A stretch of DNA of 64,000 nt from Dimorphilus gyrociliatus (GCA_904063045.1 CAJFCJ010000019.1:248001-312000); one strand, 5' to 3'. Shown: positions 37,951 through 52,481, counted from the stretch's first letter. Translations and numbers: made by a program. Notes: generated by a model from the letters alone, not told the origin.

Positions 37951-40900
37951 TTAAACCATAGTTGGTCCACAATTTGCTGAAGGTATCGTGGGTGCTTGCG
38001 CGGCGCCGGAAATACTAAAACCTCTCCTTTTTCTCGCCTCTAGTTTTTCTTCTAGATTAAAGCCCATTAGATCCTTCCTAGAGACAATTCCCACTACTCT
38101 ATTAGCTATATCAACTACCGTCAGATGTCTCAAGCCCAAAGTTCGAAAGATAATATATGTTCGATGGAGTGCGAAGTTTTCTTCTATGTGAGGTGCCGAA
38201 CGATTAATATAAGGTTCCTAATAAGAAAAATAAAATGTTATAGGACTATTTTCTCTATAAGCTGCAGTATTTACTCACCAAATCCACGTAAATTTCCTTA
38301 TATCTAGGAGTATCTGCGTATTTTTCTAATAAAGCCAAAACATGACTGGTCCCAGATAAACGATCCACAGCCACTTCCTCATATGTTAAGCTAGGCGTAA
38401 GAGTGCTGCCTGGATCAGCTCTATGTATAGATTCATCTTTTAGAATCATACATAATTCAACCCTATTAAAAAAAGAGGTTGAATAGGTTATTATGCTCCT
38501 CCATAAAAAGTTCTAATGACGAAAAAAAGAGCAATTCTTTACATATTAAATTACCTTGTTAATAACCCATACGCAACTTCCCCGTTAGCTTCTTCGTGAT
38601 GCTTCACTACCGGAAATCCTCCGTGAGTAGTATCGAGTAAAAGGTGTGCAAGATGAGCGGCTGTTTCGCGAGGAGTTATAGTAATAACTGGACAGTGCAT
38701 CACGTCTCTGGCTTTAAATAATTCCAAATTTTGCCTATATTTGTAACAATAGAGAAAGAATTGAATGTTAATAGGAAAATATTGATGAGATTAAATATTA
38801 AAGCGCAGGCTTACAGTCGGTGCTCCTCGTCATAAACAATCGGTTCGCTTTCAAGGAATGGAATGCACTTCAATTCGAGAAGCGAATGATACAAGGGATG
38901 CGTAATATAATCCCCAACCCACTTCGCGAACATTATTGCTACCATAATAGGCAATAGGAAAGCCACGTCGTTTGTAATTTCAATCTGTTTTTTAAGGAAA
39001 AAACAAGAGAAGAATTTAAATAAACAATACACTTAGAGTTGTGAACAGGTGAGAGAGAAACTACGTTAAAAATTAAAGTCGCATAAAAATTGATGGTAAT
39101 GCGGTATTCAACCATTAAAATAAGTAACAGAAAAGAGAGTTATTGAACATTTCGTTAAAGTTCACTCCTTTTTATAGTTGTAGGTACGTCAACATAAGGT
39201 CATTTAGTTTATGAAGGGGAATACTCTGAGAGTATTTAAAGAGCAATTTTCTCCTCTGGTCTTGGTATCCTAATTGGATTAAGTCCTCTGAATAAATATT
39301 TATCCTCTCAGGCCCAGTCATTAGCTATAATTCGAAAAGATTCTCTAGCTTTCTCTCTAGGTAATTACTCTTATTTTAGATTGAATGGGAAAGAAGAATC
39401 TGTTTTATTTTATACCGGGCGGCTCTATAATGAATTAAAATTAGCAAACAACCCATATTTACGACAGTCTCTGGAAAAACAATGACGTATTGACGTGATA
39501 TTATTAGAAAATTTACCGAGGGGAATTCCACAGATTTTCCCAACCTCGTTTTCGAATCGGTCAGTTTTTCGAAAGTTAAGCACAAATATTTATACTAATT
39601 AACGGTGGTAAACACAAGTAAATGTGAAAAAAACTACTTTAAAATGTCGAAAGAATGCACTGCCAATACTAGCCATGAGCATGGGAAGAAAAAGGGCAAG
39701 AATGTCGTAAGTAGACTACATGAGGAAATAAAACGTGGTTGGAAGAAAATGGGGGCAATCGATCTAAAGGATATAGAAGAATTATATAAAATCATTTTAA
39801 CTATAAAGGATAAAACGTCAAAAGAAGATGGAAAACTATTGCCCATCGCAGTAGCATATCACGTTCGAATAATAAAGCGGGAATTACAGACTGTTGACGT
39901 TTGCGTTAGCCTAGTGACGTTTGAAAAGGATTTAACTTTTAAAGCCATGAAAAAAGCCATGGACGGTTTGGATATGCAATTAGCTAGTAAAATCCACGTT
40001 GACTATGAAAAATGCCAGAAGGTCCATAATAATCTTCTAGAATATGCTAGAACAGTTTATTTGGACCCAGCACGTGATCTCATCAGAAAGCACGCGGAAA
40101 AGCACTTGAATTTTCTAGACCATCTCTACGAAAAATACAGCTTGAACGAATCTTAAAAACTTTTTTTCTTACTATTTTTACTTTGAATACACGAGAAAGA
40201 AAACTTTTGTGATATAAGAGGAAACAGCAATATGTTATTTTTTTATTATTATATGTTTACTTACCATTATTACCGTAAGAGACATAGTAAGTCTGGATAC
40301 GCCAGCAAAGAACGAAGCAGCACCAATCAGAGCCAAAGCACCAGGATCAATCCACATCCAAAATTTCTCTTTTGGTATTCCACCATGTATGTCTACCAAT
40401 AAACGTCCCACTGCTCTTCCGTATAATCCACCGATAAATCTGCAATCACTCCTATTAGCGTGACAGTTTCAAAATATAGAGGAAAAATAAACTCATACAG
40501 CATTGGGACGACGATCCCACTAGAAATAGCACTACCACTAGCCCAACAAGCTAGAAAGAAGTATATAGGCAAAATTGATAGCAATGTTGAATAACTAAAT
40601 TGTAGGTGTGTCCTCCTGGAGAACAATAATCTTAACGCCGTCTGTCCTGGCACATTCAGCAAACTAGCAACTGCATTATGCACAAACAAAAAAAGCGTCT
40701 ATAAGATAGAAAAGGTCCATATACATTTCATTCGGAGTTACCTTCGTTATATTCCCCAAATACAAGACTGTCATTGTTTCTTACCGACTCGTGACAGCGA
40801 TAGGATTTCATATCCTCATCAACTTGCATATGATATAAATACTTTAAATTCTTAGAACAACCGTCAAGTACACGAGCTATATCCGCTTCCGTTAGCTCCT

Positions 40901-43450
40901 GCTTTACGTGACCTTTATGGTTATTACCCTGCCGAAGATGTTGGAAGAAAGGTGTGTTATCATTTGGTGTCGGAGATCTGGAACGTTGATTTGCCGTCTT
41001 ATTTGTCGGTCAATTTACGGTTTATTAGTATCACGTACCCCATCTGCTGCAATACTTTCGTAACTAAATTTGTGACGTTGCCATCTTCAGGACAAATCAT
41101 AGGCCTGCACGGAAAGGCACTGGGTAGAAATATCGTAATCGAAGCCCAAATACACTGAAAAACGCCAATTTATGTAACATTATATGAAGAATAATTACGT
41201 CTTTGTCTCGACAAACAAAGCCAACAGACAACGCATGTAGGCCGCATAGCTTTATAAATAAAATAGACTTTAGTAACGTCGATTCGATAGTTGCCTTAAC
41301 CTTTGCACACACGAAGAATTAAATAAGCCAACGCTCGAGGCATATGTATAATTATTGTCATAAACGGCAACTAGTAGAGGTGTCCATCAAACGTTGGTGT
41401 TCGTCTTATCATTTGCAGCGAATGAAACGTGATTGCGTGGAAGATCAATCTTAAAGCGAGGACGTACTCAATCTAATTGCCAAGTGGGCAATCAATTGCT
41501 GATAACGATCAATCATCTAGATTCTATCGTAATTAACGAATTTCGTTCTCACGCTTACAGAATTTCCAAGACCTTGACGATATAAAGCTGTAATTACGCT
41601 CGAACGATAAAATCGTGCCAACTAATCTAAAGGCTAAAGCGGATGGAATTTTTTTCCACCTCTCTACCCTTCCCACTCCCATCTCGTCCTCCTCCACCAC
41701 TGTCTCCTCTCTTATTTATAACGCTCAAGTTATAATTAGTAAAATAGAAAATTATGTATTTCTAACGAACTTACCATAATCAAAGGTGGTTCCAGAAATC
41801 TAGCGAATTTCTGCAGAAAAGGCCTTTTTATGCTGAGAAAGAGGTGTCTTCTTGTGCGGGCTATCTTTAGATTAAACATAGTAAATAATGCTCCTAGGAA
41901 ACCTCCTAGTGCCCCTAGTAGCATAGCCGGAATGAACATAAGCAGATTGACCGGTATTGCGTCTCCCAACTGCATAAAGTATATATAAACAGTTTATATT
42001 GGCTCGCTCCAAGAAGTATATTTGTTTTTCTCTATACCTTGAAGATGATGTACTTATCCGTGTCGAATAACCCAAAAGTTCCTTTATATTGAAAACTTAC
42101 CAAAGCCGAGTTAAATAAGTCGGCCGTAAAAGTTGCTAACATACATGAAAAGAAAACCATCCATCCTAATTTCATAGACCAAAAAGAAGAGACCTCCTCC
42201 ATAGCGAACAAGAGACCACCAACGGGTGCGCCAAAGGCGGCGGCAACACCTGCTGCTGCTCCTGCTGAGGTAAAATTTCGCCGATCTTCGGAGTTACGGA
42301 ATCGAGTAAAGAGCGGTATGGAAAAACCCAGGGTCCTCGACCGAAACTGACTAAGACCCGTTCCGACTATGCCCCTACGGGACCAATCATTTGCGTTAAT
42401 TCGACTTGGCTAGATAAAAGCAGTCAAAAAACAAACCCCATATGGATCATCGGTCCCTCGGGTCCAACAGGCAAGCCGCTGCCGACAGCGCAAATGCAGG
42501 AAAAGAACTTAACAGCGAACGTACGCATGTTAAATACGTGACGCATTACAGTTCCATTGAGGAAGCCAATAATCTCCGGTATACCACTTCCGCTTGCGGG
42601 TAAGGAGATGAACTGGAGGAATTTTGAGTACATATTATTTTATACAGTATAAATCAATGGATGATCCTACTGTAATATTTATTATGCAATTAAGTAATGG
42701 GAATACGTACAGCAACTGATGCTGAACTTAAACCTGCGAATAAACAACTGTAACCAACAACGAACAACCATGCTTTAATATGTCCTTCCTGTGTACAAGA
42801 TTTTGATTAGTGAAGAATTAATTAGTTTGACCTAAATTTGGTACCGAAGCACCTTAATCAAGTGTTCGGCCTTTTCCCACTTCACTTCGGCGACGAGATG
42901 AATGAGCTGATGTAGTAGAAAGCCGACCATGCCTATCGACAGGCCTATCAGTCCCATCATTATCCATCGGTCCCAATCGAGCCTGAGAAAAAAGAAAAAG
43001 CACACGTTGCGTTGAGTTATTGAAGGCGTCTCTTTTATAATACCATCGATAATTACCTAGCTGGCTGCCTCTTAAGCCATTCTTTATAGACAGGAGAATG
43101 AGATGGGAGGTAGTCGAAACTGTCGTGTGAAGACAAAATTTCTCTCTCCTTTTCCGTATACCTATGATTGGTGTAGACGCTCTCAAAATCCCGACCCTGT
43201 TTCAGTAACAGAGAGGTGGTTTGGTAACTAATGAAGATATAGACAGCTGTAAAATTCAGCATAAGTTAGCAAACAGCTGAATATGACTGTTTGACGAGGA
43301 AATTTGATAAAATATACAAGTTGCTGTTGCTTGTTCTGCAAGGTGTTTTTTCGCCGTTTAATGTAATCCCAAGTCGTTATTTTCTCTCCATTAGCATAGG
43401 CCTAGATATTTATATACAGATAATCATGGAATTCCTCTGTATATATTTAT

Positions 43451-43492
<42 letters not shown>

Positions 43493-44964
43493 ATAGAGAG
43501 AGTTATATACACATATATTTTCCCTAATTTGATATTACTTATCAATCGCTACTGCTTATTGCTTCCTTAGCCGTTACTATAGAAACAGTAGAAATATATA
43601 AATATACTCTGCCGAATTCATCGACGCGTTCCGTTAGAGAAACGCTGCCGACCTCTAGATTTATGTTTACGTATGTAGAGAAAGCCTGTAAATCATGAAT
43701 TAATTATGTAGCTAGCCAATACACTTAATTTCTCAGTTGTATATGTCAAGAGGTAAATGAAATTGCTCGCACTTCTTCCAAACGTAGAACCACTTAAAAA
43801 ACATAATTGAACTAATTGAGAAAAGGCTGAAACGAAAAATAGACGCGCACTCATGACATTTAAGTAAAAACTTTTTATGCATGCGAGAAAAGTCGGACAA
43901 AGAGACTGATTACAAAACAAACAATAGCGTGCGACGCCTTTCTGATCAGCTAACATCGATCGGACAGACGTCGCTCAAGGGACGCTTCAGTGACGGCACT
44001 AAAACCCGGCGTTTACCATTTCAACTGTTTTTCGCTATTTCTATTTCTTACTGTATATTTTTTTTTTAACTTGCACATTTTGGCACGAACCTCGAATATA
44101 GTAGGCCTGCGAATGGTAATAGGCGGCAACGAAATAATCGTATTTCGGCGAGGAAGCGTTGACTTATCCAGATCTTCTTATTTTCTTTATTACCCTTAGT
44201 TGTGTTGTCGTTTCAATGAAGAAAAGACTGAAAATTAATGAGGCAAACGACGATGAGCGGTACGAGATGAAAGAGGCAAGCGTACTGTGCTATTTGCGGC
44301 CGTTTCACGTAGCAAACATTCCATTTGCTGGCGGTTCGAGTATATAGTAAAAAAAAAAGAAAAATGCCCCGAAATGAGAACGCTGGCAATATAGATACAG
44401 AAAAGACAGTGATTCAAAGGGGGCGTACGATATTCCTATTCAATAAACGGATTATTGGACGATTTGAGTGTTTAACACTCTTTATTGGCGAGCATTTTCT
44501 CTCACTCTCAAATAATAGCTTGTTGACAAAAGCCTATAGTTTCGCTTTTTACCTTGGAACAACAGGCGCATTTATCCTCTTCCATTTCTATTTCTTGATC
44601 CTCTTGAAGCATTGCCTCCATAGCTTCTCTGCCCTTTCGCTGCCTTCGCTTTTTCTTCGTGCGGAGACGCTGAAAGATCAAAAGTTTGTTTGTTTTTTTG
44701 CAATATACTCTTAAATCAAATTAAGGTTAAAAGCTACAGGATATAGAATCGTATGTTACGGAAACTAACCTGAAGCCGGCGGTACGGAGAAGGGGAAGGA
44801 GGCGGGTTGATGGACATTGTTGAAGAAGCCCTCGAGATGGTTAGATCGTCTTTTCCATTATTTAAATTTGATACCGTTTTCGGTACATGATTCCTTTCTG
44901 GCATCAACAAGCACATTTTTACGCTTTCCGGTTCCGACATTCGGACGGCTTTCGGTGTGGACAT
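37951..44964 (-). CDS. CLC-family chloride channel/transporter (ClC-6/7-related branch) with two CBS domains; 5' exons uncertain
   Basis: GSGIPE, GPEGPMIH, GVAAAFGAPVGGLLFAMEE, FFAGVSRLT, YHSLLELKCIPFL, CBS motifs HGGFPVV and GIVSRKDL. Confidence 0.9.
39644..40156 (+). CDS. Unknown 170-aa protein, intronless, nested antisense in a CLC intron
   Basis: 513-nt ATG-to-stop ORF in AT-rich DNA, wholly inside the 1280-nt intron 38985-40264; helical, charged composition. Confidence 0.7.
   Translation: MSKECTANTSHEHGKKKGKNVVSRLHEEIKRGWKKMGAIDLKDIEELYKIILTIKDKTSKEDGKLLPIAVAYHVRIIKRELQTVDVCVSLVTFEKDLTFKAMKKAMDGLDMQLASKIHVDYEKCQKVHNNLLEYARTVYLDPARDLIRKHAEKHLNFLDHLYEKYSLNES
43441..43500. repeat. Interrupted (TA)n microsatellite, CLC intron
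   Basis: Visible TA runs. Confidence 0.85.
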
Positions 44965-46789
44965 AGCGTTTAGCTAAGCGTGCAGCATCTGTTGTAGAGA
45001 GAGAGAGGGAGGAGGGATAAAAAAAAGAATCGATGTCCATAGAAACAATTGACAAAAAAAAGAATGTTGAAAAAGGCGCAGCCCCCTACTACAAACTACT
45101 ACAAACGTATACTATCTCAACGCAAAATGTGCTGAGTTTGCACTTTTCATAGAAGATTGCAGGGGCTTGGAAGAATAGACGAAGCGCGAAATATAGATAA
45201 CTGTCTTAATATTCTCTTTGATATATGGTCCAATTATATTGATAGTCCGAGTGAATCAAAGGACGGGATGCGCTCTTCCACTAATTAATTTTTACTCGAC
45301 ACCCTCTTAACGGTCATATCAATCGATCAAACTGGCCCCCCTTTCCCCTAGTTGAGGCCTAATTTTATAATATTAAGTTTATTTATTATTTATTCTGCAA
45401 TAGAATTGGCTCGTTTTAGTGATCCTCGTATTGATCATGTCGAGCGGCCGATAACAGGCTTTTCTCTGTCTACTCAACCGCTTTATACCTGCAGCTTAAG
45501 AAATAAATAGGAAAATAATTGCGCAAGGTGTATACTAAGCATGTGTATATTATAAAAATACATACAACTTCGCGAACAGGAGAAACAGATGCATTAGACC
45601 TATATTTACAATCCACATTTTAGGCCTATTTATACGTTTAGATCTGACACGCGCTGGAATGAAATATGTAAAGCAAACTCTTGTTTACCTACCACGCGCT
45701 TATTTCAGAAGACAACGATTGCAGTTGAATTATCCGTTTAGTCGGCTTTTGAAAAAAGTTGAAGGAAGTGTCACTTTTTTGATTTTTGCAATTGAAAAAA
45801 AAACCCGTAAATTTTGTTTTTCAATATAGTCGAAAGATGAAGAACAACGGCAAAAGGAAGAGAAGAAATAACCGGTTGAAAAACGGAGCTAGAGTGAGTT
45901 TAGGTTGCCCCTGCTGTAAACTTCCTTTATCCCCGGCAAAGCCGTCGGCTAAGTTTGACATGAAAAGCTCCGTCGTCAGCGACGTCTTGGACCGTTTCTC
46001 GGTGAACAGGTGAACGACAGGCGTTTATTTGTCCCGTAATACGTATCCACTCTAATCGATTTACATAGAATATTAACGGTTCGAATCGTACGTGCGCAAC
46101 ATTACTCCATCTAGTAGCATTCAATGGTTTTTTTTTGCAACTTAACCGGAACATATTCAATCAGAGTAGACCTATAATTACTTATTTGTAGGCTTATTAA
46201 TATCAAATATATATTTATATATATATGAGTTATAGCGTATAGACGACTGAATCCGATTTATTTCCCGTCCATTATAAAAGAATAAATCTTGTCGTCGGTC
46301 GTCCTGCATATATCTGATCTATACTGACGAGTTTAGGGCTTAACAGTCATTTGTTATCGATTTTAGGCAAGACAATTTTGCAGTAATAAATCGTAATGAA
46401 ATGTGTAACGTAATCAGTACTGACGGATATAAATGGAAAGTAATTACTGAAAAAATTCTGTCGCACTTGGCCGCGTCAGACGATCCATCCGCTTGCATAA
46501 TTTAAATGTATAGAGACTTTACTTTTTATTTCTTAATTGCGTAATATACAATACTCACGGAAAGGAAAAGAAAAGCAGAAAATTCTCGAGCAACGGAAAA
46601 AGATGATTGACATTAATCCTACTCTAAGAAAACAACTAGTCTGCCGCTCCAGCCTGTATACTCTCTTTACTTTTCCTCGAACGCCGCCAGATGACGTCGT
46701 CGACGGCTATTTTATTCGCTTAGCAAAAGTTAACCAAACTAATTATATATCAAGTATAATTCACACGTAGCTCTGCCGGATGGTAGGCT

Positions 46790-49700
46790 TTAGTAAATGC
46801 CTCGAATTCTATTGTTTGCCGGGTCGAACGGGCTTCGTAAGTGTAGATCAGCTTTATAGCGTTTTCCCAAATGCTCTATCGTATAATCGGCATCCGTTAA
46901 GTACTTTTCATCGATCGTTTCACCGGATACGTAGCCGTATCCTATAGTTTTCTTCAAGAAGAAGCCGTAGTCTGCTCTACACAAGAAGCCAACTACTTTA
47001 TCATTTCGGTAGATAGCCTCAAGACCATGAAGAGGAATTTTCCTGTTGAATAAATTGAGAAACATAGGAATACCTTAATAGGGCCAATTAAAATAGCTCA
47101 TTTCAACATACTTGTCTGTTGTGAAGCACGTCAATCTACCCAGTATCCGTTCCCTTCCCTCAATTTGTCTTTCCAATCTCTCCCGTCCCACGAACTCAAC
47201 GTCCGACTTGAGCTTACACGCGAAACGTAACCCGGCTTCTAAAGCCGTATAATCACTCCTTAAATCGGCGTGAGAATGATGGTAACCCTTTTCAATGCTC
47301 AATGAATCTATTGCCCTGTAGCCGGCGTCTAATAGTCCCATTTCTTTTCCAACCTCTCTCAAAGCTTTATAAACGTGAGGGCAGGTGGAAGACGGAGCGT
47401 GAATTTCCCATCCCAATTCGCCTACAAATGACAGTCGAATTACTCGACACTGGTGACCCGCGACGTTTACGACCTGTAAAAAAATCATTATTAAAAAAGA
47501 CCACATTTAACACGCCTGAAATACCTTGTGAGTACCAAACGGGAACGCCTCGTTAGAAAAATCGACGTCATCCTCGCACACTTTTTCCATAATATCACGG
47601 CTGTTCGGTCCCTGAACACTAAGTAGCGTTAAATCGTTCGTAGCATCAATTAATTGACAGTCGAGTTTCTTATCTTGCAAAATTGATTTAATATGGGACA
47701 AACCGGCTTGAGCAACTCCCCCGCCAATTGCAACATAAAAGATGCGACCATCTATATTTAGCGTAGAACAAGAATAATAAGTACTGTGAGTTATTACATC
47801 ATAAAAAAAGAAACCTTGTGTAACTGGATCGAAAAGACTTCTATGATGATCTTCTATAATACTGACTGTCAAATCGCTTTCAACACCACCTCGATTGTTT
47901 AGCATGCAAGTGTAGACTGTTCGGCCTGTTTTTAATTGTTTAATTGTAAATAATGACAACTGCTAGACTTTTAACAATTGGAAATTGGAACTCGCCAGAT
48001 TGTTTCCTCATGTCATTTGAGAAGATGTAATCGGCTGCGCTCTGAGCGTCTTTTCCCACCAAGTAAAATTGTCCGAAATAAGACATATTAAATAGAGAAC
48101 TCTTATTTCTACAATTTATACATTCACGACCAATCTGAAAAAATTGACATTGGTAGTTAATGTATTGGTTTGTTTGTATTTTTAGATGCCTTACAATTTC
48201 GTGATGATTTGGAAAGTCAAAGGTATAGTCGTACATCAATTTATCCTTATAATCATAGTTTTCGTGCAGTTTATTTCCATAGGAGCCATAGTAATCATAT
48301 TTTAGCACCTGATAGATCTCTGATTAGAAAATTCATAAAATCCTACAGATGGCGCTAAATTTTCAATAAAAAAGTTTAAACATGAAAGTCTACGTTTGTG
48401 TTTCCTAGATAATTTATGGTTAAAAAGTAAAAGCGCTAAAATAAAGTAAGTATAAAAACCGGTGAAGGTTTTCCATCAATGTCGAACCAGCCCGGTCGTT
48501 CCCACCCTAACCTCTCCTGATAGACGCATCCGTTATTCAAAAGCACCTGTACGAATTATATAATGGGGAATTGATGCAAATATATTCCAGCCCTACCTCA
48601 TACAAAGGGTCTTTACGCATATTTCTTCCGGCTAAGGCCTCGTCATGCGGAAAAACGATGCTGTAATTCTTTGCGTACGCTTCGTGACTCCGCTCTTTAT
48701 TCCAGCGAGCGTTTCGCGTCAATTCGGCGTTAAATCGCCTACCGAAAGCGAGAAGTATTGTATAAAAGAACGAATAAAATAGAGGGAAAAAAACCACTTT
48801 CACCAATAGAAATTTAAATATCTATTAGATTTTTATCTAGTTAAAAATTTGAAAAGATAAATTCACCTAATGTCGAAACCGTGCATCTCTAATTCTGGTC
48901 GACCCTTTACGACCCATTTTGCCATTTGTTCCCCACATCCGCCACCTTTTTCAAACATAGAGAGATACATAATGGCATATAGAAAAGAAGACTAAAGAAT
49001 AACCCATAAACAGCTTAAGGGGATACTCGCTACATAATAAACTGTCTGTCAAATGATGGCCTGTTTACAACCGCCCTTTCCCTCTTCTAACACCCGTCCC
49101 ACCTACCTAGGCCACCCAAACTTCTTCTCATTAAAAAAGGTCGAAAGTGAAAAGGACAGAAAGCTTACTTAACATCAGACCCGCGCTGTTGTAACCACAA
49201 TTCAAAAAGAAACCGCGCACTTGGTCGCTTTCACCCATCAACGGCTTGTGGTCGGCTGTAAAGCTTTCCGGACCGCATACTGTCGACTGTGAATGCAAGA
49301 ACACGGTATGTAGGGTGTCAATTAGACGTTAGGCTAAAGATGGGAATAGAAGGAAAATTCGGAAAGAATGGGAAAAATACGAAAAAATACCTTAATACCA
49401 GTACTTTCTATGACCGGAATTCTTTTCACATGACCTTCAGTGTTATATGTGAAGATGTCCCAGTCGAGTTCATACAGGCTGAAAGCGAAGTCATCATCGA
49501 CTTTGTCGACAAAGTGTGGATTCGGTTCATAACCACCTATACAAAGGGCGTCACCTTGTAATTTAAAATAGACGGAAAAGTCATGATCTCGGACGTTTGG
49601 CATTTGGCGTATTCCTTCAATTTTTTCTGTTACAACATAGGCATGTTTCATTGCGACAAGAGGAACTGTTACGTCAACCATCTCCCCTACGGATGGAGCC

Positions 49701-50882
49701 CATACGCCTAAAAATAAACAACGTATACCATGCATTATAAGGTTCAATTAACCGAAACCGGAAATTCCTACCCGCGCAATTAACTACGCAGTTGGTCCGA
49801 ATCCGTCCCTTATTAGTTTGAACGGCATGCACTCTTCTAGTACCGTAGTCATCGACAACGGTTTCAATTGCCGTAAGGGAACAACCCTCAACTACTCGAG
49901 CGCCGGCTTTGGCGGCCGCTCTAGTCAAGGCTGAACAATAGCCTGCCGGTTCAATAGTGCCGTCGGCGGGACTGTAAAGCGTCGCGTAGACGTCATCTAC
50001 ATTCATTAAAGGGTATAGTTTTTTCGTTTCCTTTGGGCTGAGAACTTCAGACTCGACACCGAACGCCCTACCAAGCTGTTGCCAAAACATTAAACATATA
50101 TATAATGTAGTTTAGAAGCACGTAAACGTGTACAAAGTATTATATGCATAAATTATCCCCCCTAGGGGGGGTTGCCGCGTAATGTAAACACAGACCGTCA
50201 TTAATCTTTTGTACTCGTCCATGCGTTCGTTAGTGGAAGCAACGAACAAACCACCATTGTTTATCCAACCAGGATCGATGCCCGTTTCCGCTTCGAGGGA
50301 AGCCATCAATTTCCTACTTCTCACCAACAATTCCACTTCGACGTCGTTCGGTCTCAAATTCCATACCAAGCCTGTATTTTCCCAAACAAATCGTTTAAAT
50401 TTCCCCCGCCTTTCAAACTATCAGATTTTGCATTTTTATTTTTGTCGCATTGAGTATTTATTTCTGTTAGACTAAATTAGACATTAACGAAATGAGTAAG
50501 ATTCAACTTACCTGCCGTGTGCCATGATGTGCCAGCGGTTAGAGAATGCATTTCCAATAAAACGGTATTAGTTATACCCAATTTAGCCAGGTGATAAAGC
50601 GTACTACATCCAGCTGCACCTCCTCCCACGATAACAACGTCGGCTTCGGTTGGTAAAGACCTCTCGCTGCTTTCACGCAATACTTTTTCGTATTTCCTGT
50701 TTGGGAAGGAAGAGGACGGTTTATAGGCCTATTTGTTTAATGTTTATTTTCCTTTCTTCTTTCGACACTTACTTTGTTGGAACGCCAGTCGTGGCTGTCT
50801 GGTTCGACCTACGACCTCCTAAGGCTTGTAGACTTTTTGCATATGAAAAACGAGCGGTCAAACTGCGACCAACTTTCCACAT
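46790..50882 (-). CDS. SARDH: Sarcosine dehydrogenase, mitochondrial
   Basis: Arg/Ser-rich presequence exon ([16 protein letters not shown]), FAD motif [60 protein letters not shown]. Closer to SARDH than DMGDH in these motifs. Confidence 0.9.
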
Positions 50883-52340
50883 TTTTTTAGTGCTGTTGAC
50901 AAATCACTTCTCCAACAGGTAATGCTAGCTCTAAATCGGATGTTGTTCTTCGACAGATAACGAGACAGGATCGCACCAAAAAAAAAAAATAACAAAACCA
51001 ATAAGCCTATCTTGAACGAGTAAAAAAAACCGTGAATTCTCTTTTAATTTCGCTTTTTCATTTATTTTTTCTATTTTACTCGGAAGGTGTTCAATAATGG
51101 AAAAGAATGCAGATTGAATAGAGTAGGTGAAAGAATGATTTGCTTTCTCACGCCGAACTCGTTAATTACTATTGCTCTGTATCGAATGGCGATTTAATAA
51201 CGTTTTTTTGGAAAATCAACGTGTCATCGTAAATAATTGCGACGTTCCGCCGTCGATCGAATGAGATAAAGGAGGGAATAAAAAGGTCGATTATAGGCCT
51301 GAGTAGTTGAATACGTATTTTACACGCATTATACTACATAAATAAAAAAAAGTGGTTGAAAGAGGTAAAGGGAAAGGTGGAAGGAAAAGTAGAAAGAAAT
51401 AAAGAAAGGGAGTGGTACGTAAGACTTGTAAAACTATGAACAAAAAGAGAAATGAATGGGTATGCCGGCTTTTTTTTCCCTTTCCTTTTACTCTTATACT
51501 TTTACCATTTTGGACATTTCCACCTTTCCCATTTTCCTTTTTATACTTTCTTTTTTCAAAGAGATATGTTAAACGCGATGGGAAACTGTCTGACATGCCG
51601 TCACTTTCACGGGGGATAGCGTTTCCAGGTTTTTCCCACGCTTACGCGGTTTTTTCTCACATCGCAATCTTGCCAGTAATTTATTCGCGTCCGGACACGC
51701 ACGCGTGCGCACGTCGTTTTTTTTTTTTATATACGCCCCCATTTTTTTAATTAAAGTTATGTAAAGCCTTGTTTGTTGTGTATTCATTTAGTAATTATTC
51801 ATTTAAAAAGGCCATAGAACAAGTGGTAAATCTTCGTATACTGTATATGGTGTTTACTTATTATAGTCTTACAAAAGAGTAATTGAACGAACTTAAATGG
51901 ATCGAGAACGCGGCTTTTATAAGGTCAAATACCGGCTTTTTTTCTCACGCCAGCCAAGGAATGAACGGTGATTAGCTTTATGATGCTTCCCCGCCTTTCG
52001 AACTTGGAGTGAGGTGCGTGGAATGTGTTGACATCGTTGCTGCTCCTCCTCCACCGGTTGAACGTGTATGCCGACGGCGACGGCGGCCTCTGAATAAAAT
52101 AAAAAAATACAAGAGCGTCTATTTATAAGGCGTGAGAACTTTTACGATATGGGAAAAACGGTTGAAGTAAACATTTGTACTACGAACTGGAGTGTTTGGT
52201 AGTCGCGGCGTCGATTAATTCAGTAGATTCCCGTCACCTCTGACCCTTTGCTAATTCTTTGTTTTCCGCCGACGAAAACGCAAAAATAGGCCTAGGCGAC
52301 GCAAAAGTCGTGCGAACTTCCACGCCCTGTCATACGCTAG

Positions 52341-52378
52341 CCAATAGATGACGGCGATATAGCGAACTATTTATAAAA
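52341..52378 (+). promoter_or_regulatory. NRARP core promoter (CCAAT + TATA)
   Basis: CCAAT at 52341 and TATAAAA at 52372-52378, about 105 nt upstream of the likely ATG. Confidence 0.55.
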
Positions 52379-52481
52379 TCGCAGCTGATTGGCCGGCGCC
52401 TCGGTAATGCGATCTACTGAATCGAAAACTCCCAGCAGTTTCTCGTTGACCGTCGTCGAGCTTCGACGAGGGACGCGAAAG

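Noticed and set aside
42095-42102. Consensus-looking GTAAGT donor inside the CLC exon
   Set aside because: The frame reads through (SALVSFQYKGTFGLF) to a later donor that joins the next exon in phase.
45786-46160. Short ORFs between CLC and SARDH as independent genes
   Set aside because: No recognisable domain or supporting gene structure; the GC-rich patch is better explained as a candidate CLC 5' exon.
51976-52128. Pro/Arg-rich open frame upstream of NRARP (LYDASPPF...RRRRRPLNK)
   Set aside because: No in-frame ATG or identifiable upstream exon; explainable by local GC richness.
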